From positions 1 to 64,000 of IMG/VR virus record IMGVR_UViG_3300009151_000035: a DNA stretch of 64,000 nt; one strand, written 5' to 3'. The stretch comes from a virus. The translations under genes and the position numbers were made by a program. The notes below the pieces were generated by a model. The model searched no databases. It worked only from the letters and a program-made list of their open reading frames with translations, and had not been told where the DNA came from. Of this stretch, positions 57,686 to 64,000 are shown in pieces (positions within the stretch are counted from its first letter, which is position 1; the number at the start of each line of letters is the position of its first letter).

Positions 57686-59914
57686 ATGTCAGCAAACATA
57701 ACACCATTTAACTCGGACGGCGGGTTTACTACAGCAGGCAATATTACTGGCGGCACTGCAAATCTTGTTGCTATCAATGGACCATCTGATGCTTTCTTTG
57801 ATATCAAAGTAACAGATTCTGGCCCGGGTGCTTCTTTACAATTAGGCGATTGGGACATAGCAGGCTTCCCTAAATCATTGGTTCAAGTTAGCGATAATGT
57901 GCATATTGTCACTGGCGTTACCACTGGTGGCGGCGATTGGAACTTTGATACTAATGGCGATGTAACAGTTCCAGGAGATATTCTTGCCCAGGAAGGCAAT
58001 GATTTAGCTGTTCAAGTTTTTAATCCTACTGCCGAAGGCGGTGTAACTTATGTTGTTCAAAATCGTCAAGTTGATCTTGACTACGACAGAACCACACAGT
58101 TTGAAGTAGCTCCGGCCAACATTATATTGTCTACCGATGTTAGTGGCAATAGATACCAATGGATTTTTGACAACACTGGTAATTTAACTCTACCAACCGA
58201 TTCGTTCCGAGTCAACTATGCCAACGGCGATCCAGTAAGTATAAGTGGCACCTATGGTGATTCAAATGTTGTATCATTGATGGGGGCATTTGATAACAAT
58301 CCTATTGGTAATATATCATCAATCAGTAATATAGGGTCAATCAATAATGTAGGGTCAATAGAAGTCAACGGCGATGGCAGCTATTATATCTATCAAAATC
58401 CCACTGGAGCAGGTGCCAGCATCGGCATGTATTATAACGAACAACAAAACGGATTTAATATTGATGCTAATGGGGTTGGCATTTATACTTCTGATGGCTC
58501 CTATCACAATTGGCTGTTTGGCACAGATGCCGTCACTACATTCCCTGGCAGTATACAAGGGTCCGAAGGGCAAACCTGGACAATTCAAGGTGGCAATAGT
58601 GTGCCTTATCAAGATAGTCCACTTAATATCAGAGGCAGTCAGGGCAATGCCTCTATAGACGGTCGTGATGTTAATATTGAAGGTGGATTTGGTAACAATG
58701 GCGGCAATGTCAATATTACCGGGGGTAGTGCAATTGGTAATATACTTGGCAATGTTAACATCAACTCCGGTGCCAGCATCTGGACATTTGGCAACACAGG
58801 TAATACCACGTTCCCAAATGGTGCAGTATTCACTGGTTACGATCTTTATGCCGCTGCCAACAGTTACATAGAACTTGCTGGATCTAATGACAATACCTAT
58901 GTGGGCCTTGATAACAACAGTGTGTTTATCCAAACAGATTGGAATAATTCGCAAAAGCAATGGACATTTGATTCTGCTGGTAATTTAACATTACCTGGTA
59001 ATTTAACATTATCAAATGGTGCAGTGATTCGAGACACCGCAGGTAACGCAGTAGCATTTGGGCTCGCTGCCGGGGCAAACACACAAGGTGCAAGTGCAGT
59101 GGCCATTGGTCTTGATGCTGGTCAAAACAACCAGGGTTTTATTTCAATAGCAATTGGAGCAGGCGCTGGTGCTAATGGTCAAGGCCAAGCTGCGGTGGCC
59201 ATTGGCACAGATACTGGAGCTAATATACAAGGTATTGAAGCAATAGCTATCGGCTTTAAGGCCGCTAATCAAAACCAAGGTCAGCAATCTATAGCAATTG
59301 GTAAACGAGCTGGTTACAATAATCAAGGCAACAATTCAATCATATTGAACGCTACCGGTGATGCGTTGGATCAAACCACTGCCAACACATTCACAGTGGC
59401 CCCTGTTAGAAATGATAATTCAAATGTTGCTGAAGTTATGTTCTACAATACCGCCAGCAAAGAAATCACTTATGGCAATACTATAAGTGTTGCTGGAAAT
59501 GTTACTGGCAACTACTTTGTTGGCAACGGAAGTCAATTGTCTGGTGTTGCTACTCAGGTAACAGGATCGTGGGACGTGCCTGTGGGCAACAGCACCCAGA
59601 GTTTCACTGTGAATAGCGGCACATATAGCATGTGGGTTGATTGCAGTATCCCCAATGGTATCTTGGTTTGGAATGCCACTGCCACTGTGACCAATACCAA
59701 CGTGCCTGTAATAGGACAACAGTTTGCCTGGGTCTACAACGGTGGCGGAACGCCCATTGACTTTACCAGCATACCCAATCAGTTCGTAGGCACTGCCAAT
59801 GCCATAGTTCGTAGCAATACGGCCCCTAGTTCAACTACCAATAGATTTGACTTTGGTATCCGCAACACCAGCGGCGGTAATGTCACTGTGCGTTACGGTT
59901 ACACTGAACTTTAA
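57686..59914 (+). CDS. Tail-fibre/adhesin-like protein with YadA-head-like repeats
   Basis: W.FD..GNLTLP repeats plus six ~16-aa A(V/I)A(I/F)G..AG...QG repeats typical of trimeric beta-roll heads. Confidence 0.72.
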   Translation: MSANITPFNSDGGFTTAGNITGGTANLVAINGPSDAFFDIKVTDSGPGASLQLGDWDIAGFPKSLVQVSDNVHIVTGVTTGGGDWNFDTNGDVTVPGDILAQEGNDLAVQVFNPTAEGGVTYVVQNRQVDLDYDRTTQFEVAPANIILSTDVSGNRYQWIFDNTGNLTLPTDSFRVNYANGDPVSISGTYGDSNVVSLMGAFDNNPIGNISSISNIGSINNVGSIEVNGDGSYYIYQNPTGAGASIGMYYNEQQNGFNIDANGVGIYTSDGSYHNWLFGTDAVTTFPGSIQGSEGQTWTIQGGNSVPYQDSPLNIRGSQGNASIDGRDVNIEGGFGNNGGNVNITGGSAIGNILGNVNINSGASIWTFGNTGNTTFPNGAVFTGYDLYAAANSYIELAGSNDNTYVGLDNNSVFIQTDWNNSQKQWTFDSAGNLTLPGNLTLSNGAVIRDTAGNAVAFGLAAGANTQGASAVAIGLDAGQNNQGFISIAIGAGAGANGQGQAAVAIGTDTGANIQGIEAIAIGFKAANQNQGQQSIAIGKRAGYNNQGNNSIILNATGDALDQTTANTFTVAPVRNDNSNVAEVMFYNTASKEITYGNTISVAGNVTGNYFVGNGSQLSGVATQVTGSWDVPVGNSTQSFTVNSGTYSMWVDCSIPNGILVWNATATVTNTNVPVIGQQFAWVYNGGGTPIDFTSIPNQFVGTANAIVRSNTAPSSTTNRFDFGIRNTSGGNVTVRYGYTEL

Positions 59915-59941
59915 GGGTTAGCCCACGGTAAATACTAAGAT

Positions 59942-61060
59942 ATGGCAACCACACTGAATTTTCCCACCAATCCCACGCTGAATCAGCTGTATACCTTCGG
60001 CGGCAAAACTTGGATTTGGACCGGCCAAGCCTGGCGACTGAATCCACAAGGTGCTATCAACAGCATCATAATTGGCAACACTGATCCAGCTGCTGGTACT
60101 TTTACTACTCTTACAGCCGACACTTTAAATGTAACCAATGAAGTAGTTTATGCCAACTTGATCGCTGGAAATCTTACAGTTAGCAATGTCAGTGTGTCGG
60201 GCAATGTAAATTCAGCATTGAACGTGCGCGGAAATGTCACAGGTACTAATGTCATTACAGGTGGTGATGTTATTGCATCTGGCAATATCAGCACACTTGC
60301 TGAGATCAGCGCACTAGGCAATATAACAACTGATGCATATTTTGTTGGTGACGGCAGTCAACTTTCAAATGTCACTGCTGGCTCGCAGATCGTGTCAGGT
60401 AACAGCAATGTAGCTATACAAGGCACAGGTGGCAATGTTGCTGTGGGTGTTCACGGTGTATCAAATGTAGCAGTTTTTACTCCTACTGGGCTGCAAACAT
60501 CAAACATCAACGCAACAGCTAATATTTCTGCACAGTATTTTGTTGGTAATGGCAGCCAACTTACTGGTATTTTAGCTACTGCTGGCAGCCAAATTGACAA
60601 CGGTACCAGTAATGTTAAAATTCCTGGCGCCAATGCCAATGTCTCAGTCAGTGTCAACGGCACCGCAAATGTGGCAGTTTTTAGTCCCACCCAGCTGAGT
60701 GTAGCAGGCAATGTTGTGGCTAATAACTTTGTAGGCAGCGGGCAAGCACTAACAGGTGTGCTGGCTGATCGCGGTGGTGATTCAAACAATTGGAACACGC
60801 TGACTGAAATGGGTGTGTACACGGTAAATAGAACAAGTTGGTCAGGAACCAGTGGCACTCCGTTGGACAGCCAGGTTTTTGTAGGGTTATTAGAAGTGGT
60901 AAACAGCACAGATACTGCTATTACACAGGTATTTTATCCAGGCACAACAGAGCCAGGAGACCAAAAAATACAGTGGGATCGCAGTAAATGGGGCGGAACA
61001 TGGACTAGTTGGATCAAGATTGTGAATGATTTCCAAATAGTCACAGGCGGTGATTTTTAA
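59942..61060 (+). CDS. Short tail-fibre-like protein with C-terminal knob-like domain
   Basis: LNFPTNPTLNQ.Y......W.W.G..W start, YFVG(D/N)GSQL repeats, and C-terminal WNTLTEMGVY...GLLEV...ITQVFY...W..WI. Confidence 0.7.
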   Translation: MATTLNFPTNPTLNQLYTFGGKTWIWTGQAWRLNPQGAINSIIIGNTDPAAGTFTTLTADTLNVTNEVVYANLIAGNLTVSNVSVSGNVNSALNVRGNVTGTNVITGGDVIASGNISTLAEISALGNITTDAYFVGDGSQLSNVTAGSQIVSGNSNVAIQGTGGNVAVGVHGVSNVAVFTPTGLQTSNINATANISAQYFVGNGSQLTGILATAGSQIDNGTSNVKIPGANANVSVSVNGTANVAVFSPTQLSVAGNVVANNFVGSGQALTGVLADRGGDSNNWNTLTEMGVYTVNRTSWSGTSGTPLDSQVFVGLLEVVNSTDTAITQVFYPGTTEPGDQKIQWDRSKWGGTWTSWIKIVNDFQIVTGGDF

Positions 61061-61081
61061 GGCAAAAATAGGAAAAATAAA

Positions 61082-64000
61082 ATGTCGAATACAATTTTAA
61101 TCAAACGCTCAGGTACAGCAAATGCTGTTCCTGCTAGTGGCAATTTAGCACTAGGCGAGCTGGCAATCAATTACACAGACGGCAATTTATTTTACAAAGA
61201 TGGCGCCGGAACGGTCCAAACCATTGCCAGCAAACAGTTTGTATCTGTATCAGGCAATATTACAGGTGCCAATGTCAACGCTGCAGGATTGAGTCTTAGT
61301 GGCAATGTGCTCAGCCCAATCAACAGCACATCAAATATCACCACTACAGGCAATGTTGCTGGCAATTATATATTAGGTAATGGTTATTTCTTGACTGGTG
61401 TGATCACATCAGTTGCAAATATCAACCTTGGAAATTCAAATGTCACAGTTGTAAGCTCAGGTGGTAACATCACAGTTGGTGTAGGTGGAACATCAAATGT
61501 GGTTGTGTTTGCCACAACTGGGCAGTATACAACTGGTGAAATCAGTGCAACTGGTAACATAACCGGCAATTACTTCATTGGTAATGGTAGTCAGTTGACA
61601 GGTGTTGCGGCCAGCAGTGTTGATGCCAACAATCTAATTGGCAACACACTTAGCTCAAATGTAATTTACTCAAGTTTGACTTCAGTTGGCACACTCAGCA
61701 GTTTGTCAGTAAGTGGTACTGTTACTGGCGGCAATTTGTCAACAGGCGGTAACATCAGTGCAGGCGGTAATATCACTGGTGGCAATATTACTACTTCTGG
61801 CTCTAGCGGCAATATTTTTGGTGCTAATGTAATCAGCGGTACCACACTCAGTGCTACATCAGCTGTGGTCACATCTAGCATCAGTGCAACAGGCACTGTA
61901 AATTTTGCGAGCTCGGGCAATATTAGCTTAGGCAATGTGGGCAATGTTCATATTGACGGCGGATCAAATGGATATTTGTTGACCACTGATGGCTCAGGTA
62001 ACTTGACCTGGACACAAACAGCATCTACCAGTTTGATTTTCAATGGCTTCAGTAATGTAACAATTCCCGCAGCCAATGGTAATGTGTTGATCAATGCCAA
62101 TGCTGCTGTAGATCAGCAATGGAACTTTGATACCACTGGCAATTTGGCATTCCCAGGTGGCGGTATTATCTATGGTAACCCATACACACCAAGCGGTTCT
62201 CCAGGCAATACAATTACTCTTCAACCAGCAGGTTCAGGAGTTACAACTACTCAGCAGTTGTTAATCTACCCAACAGCAATGGATGGCGACCACATACACT
62301 TGACCAGTGGCAATCTGTTACAGACAGAACTATTCTTGGGTAGTGATGATTTTTATGTGAAGTTGGCCAACACTGGCAATATTGTACTCAACAGTAGTGG
62401 CAATACTGGTCAATGGGTATTTGATACAACTGGCAATTTGTCAGCATCAGGCAATATCATAACCACAGCCAATGTTAATGGTGCCAATTTCAACGGTAAT
62501 GTGTTTGGTACCACTGTAAGTGCAAGTGGCAATATAACAGGCGGTAATTTAAATGCTGCAGGATTGAGTCTAAGTGGCAATGTGCTCAGTGACTTAAACT
62601 CAACCAGCAACATCACTACATCGGCTAATGTCACTGCTGCAAACTTTGCTACCTCAGGAGCAAGTGGAAACATCACTGGGGCTAATGTTATTGAAGCAGT
62701 AACTTTGTCAGCCACTTCAGGTGTGCTCACAGCCAACTTGAGTTTGAGTGGCAATGTATTGAGCGATCTAAACTCAACCAGCAACATCACTACATCAGCT
62801 AATATCACAGGTGGTAACATACTGTTTGGATCTGGTGTTGTTAGTGGCACAGGCAACATCATCAGTGGTAATTTGAATGCGGCCGGACTGAGTTTGAGTT
62901 CAAATGTTTTGTCAGAACTGAATTCCACCTCAAACATCACTACAACTGCCAACATTACAGGCGGTAATATACTAGGCGGTTCTGGTATAATTTCTACTTC
63001 TGGCAATATAACAGGTGGAAATCTAAACGCTGCTGGATTGAGTCTAAGTTCCAATGTTGTTTCAGACTTAAACTCTACTAGTAACATTACCACAAGCGCC
63101 AATATTTCAGGCGGCAATGTGCTGTCAACTTATTTGTCAGCCAGTGGCAACGTTGATGGGTCAAATGTAAATGTTAGCACAATACTATACACTTCAAATA
63201 TCATTGGCAGAGTTGATTCTCTAACATTTGAAACTGCTAGCAATGGTAATGTTAACCTATACCCAAATGGAACTGGTAATATTGTTCTTGCTAACACCAT
63301 TATCAATAACCTAGCAGAACCGCTACAGAATCAAGACGCGGCGACCAAGTACTATGTTGATAATTTGGCATCAACTGGATTGACATTCCATGCACCAGTA
63401 TTTGCTACTACTAACACAGACTTGGCCACAGCCACAGGTGGCTCAATCACATACGCACAACCAAATGGCGCGGCAAACGGCATTGGTGCAACACTAACCA
63501 CTACTGGGTCATTTGACTTAATTGACACCGCTAACATTCAAATAGTCGGCACTAGAGTGTTGGTCAAGAACGAAGGCAATGGCGTATATAACGGTGTTTA
63601 CACCTGGTCCAATGCCACAGTTATTGTGCGTTCAACTGATACTGACCAATACGGTTCGGACAGTACAGAATCATTCAGCATCAATGATTACTTCTTCACA
63701 CAGAGTGGTAATGTGAATGCTGGTGCTGCTTTTGTTGTTAGCGCCCCACCGGGTGTTATTACATTTGGCACCTCAAATATTGAATTCAGCCAATTCAGTA
63801 GCACTCAAGTTTATTCAGCCAACACTCAAGCTGGTTTGAGTTTGATTGGCACAGTATTCAGTGCCAAAACTGATAATGTTACCACAGCATTTGATGGTGG
63901 TGGTAATATTGTTGTTAAAGCCAGTGCTCAACTCACAACACCAAATATTGGCAATGCAACTGGCACAACATTAAGTCTAACCAGCACTGTTACTGCTGGC
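61082..64000 (+). CDS. Long tail-fibre-like protein (partial, runs off the right edge)
   Basis: Not in the track because it has no stop in the window. MSNTILIKRSGTANAVPASGNLALGELAINYTDGNLFYK is an Mtd-N-like start; G/N/T/S-rich repeats, L.EP...QDAATKYYVD and RVLVKNE...NGVY modules follow. Confidence 0.82.
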   Translation, partial: MSNTILIKRSGTANAVPASGNLALGELAINYTDGNLFYKDGAGTVQTIASKQFVSVSGNITGANVNAAGLSLSGNVLSPINSTSNITTTGNVAGNYILGNGYFLTGVITSVANINLGNSNVTVVSSGGNITVGVGGTSNVVVFATTGQYTTGEISATGNITGNYFIGNGSQLTGVAASSVDANNLIGNTLSSNVIYSSLTSVGTLSSLSVSGTVTGGNLSTGGNISAGGNITGGNITTSGSSGNIFGANVISGTTLSATSAVVTSSISATGTVNFASSGNISLGNVGNVHIDGGSNGYLLTTDGSGNLTWTQTASTSLIFNGFSNVTIPAANGNVLINANAAVDQQWNFDTTGNLAFPGGGIIYGNPYTPSGSPGNTITLQPAGSGVTTTQQLLIYPTAMDGDHIHLTSGNLLQTELFLGSDDFYVKLANTGNIVLNSSGNTGQWVFDTTGNLSASGNIITTANVNGANFNGNVFGTTVSASGNITGGNLNAAGLSLSGNVLSDLNSTSNITTSANVTAANFATSGASGNITGANVIEAVTLSATSGVLTANLSLSGNVLSDLNSTSNITTSANITGGNILFGSGVVSGTGNIISGNLNAAGLSLSSNVLSELNSTSNITTTANITGGNILGGSGIISTSGNITGGNLNAAGLSLSSNVVSDLNSTSNITTSANISGGNVLSTYLSASGNVDGSNVNVSTILYTSNIIGRVDSLTFETASNGNVNLYPNGTGNIVLANTIINNLAEPLQNQDAATKYYVDNLASTGLTFHAPVFATTNTDLATATGGSITYAQPNGAANGIGATLTTTGSFDLIDTANIQIVGTRVLVKNEGNGVYNGVYTWSNATVIVRSTDTDQYGSDSTESFSINDYFFTQSGNVNAGAAFVVSAPPGVITFGTSNIEFSQFSSTQVYSANTQAGLSLIGTVFSAKTDNVTTAFDGGGNIVVKASAQLTTPNIGNATGTTLSLTSTVTAG
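62530..63120 (+). repeat. Degenerate internal repeats in the tail-fibre gene (NL.AAGLSLS.NVLS.LNSTSNITT.ANI.GGN)
   Basis: About four copies near 62540, 62735, 62865 and 63010, plus a related copy near 61270; e.g. AAACTCAACCAGCAACATCACTACATC is repeated exactly. Confidence 0.75.

Noticed and set aside
61384-63537. Minus-strand ORFs in the track (e.g. 62410..63117)
   Set aside because: Antisense to the long plus-strand fibre ORF from 61082, which the track missed because it has no stop in the window.
55246-64000. Diversity-generating retroelement or invertible fibre cassette
   Set aside because: Despite an Mtd-like N-terminus, no reverse transcriptase, TR/VR pair with adenine-specific mismatches, invertase or flanking inverted repeats were seen in this window.
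1-64000. Stop-codon reassignment, tRNA genes, introns or inteins
   Set aside because: Core genes translate full-length in the standard code and end in TAA, TGA or TAG; no cloverleaf with T-loop consensus was seen in the gaps; portal, capsid, gp46 and gp47 appear uninterrupted.

Overview
A 64-kb segment of a large, T4-like (myovirus-type) dsDNA tailed phage genome in the standard genetic code, with no recognisable host genes, tRNAs or CRISPR arrays. 1-29123 (minus strand) is a baseplate/tail module that includes a giant ~5,190-aa virion protein and gp6-, gp25-, gp5-, gp53- and gp48/54-like genes. 29233-36763 (plus) holds a gp55-like late sigma factor, the gp47/gp46 (Mre11/Rad50) nuclease pair with two genes between them, two radical SAM enzymes and a GIY-YIG nuclease. 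A ~390-nt hairpin-dense non-coding region follows. 37156-39491 (minus) carries a tail/baseplate chaperone gene with a likely programmed -1 frameshift, then a coupled three-gene cassette that includes an ATE/Bpt-like aminoacyl-transferase. 39534-48902 (plus) has a tape-measure-like protein with an M15 peptidase domain and the head module (portal, protease, scaffold, major capsid). 48975-55189 is an accessory island (glycosyltransferase-like genes, radical SAM, fatty-acid desaturase, TPR-GT9), followed by tail-fibre-like genes to the window end. The best candidates for undescribed biology are the structured non-coding element beside the GIY-YIG gene, the aminoacyl-transferase cassette, the G/GT-like frameshift, a pseudoknotted leader RNA and apparently leaderless late transcripts. 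All protein calls are from motif recognition by eye; no database searches were run.
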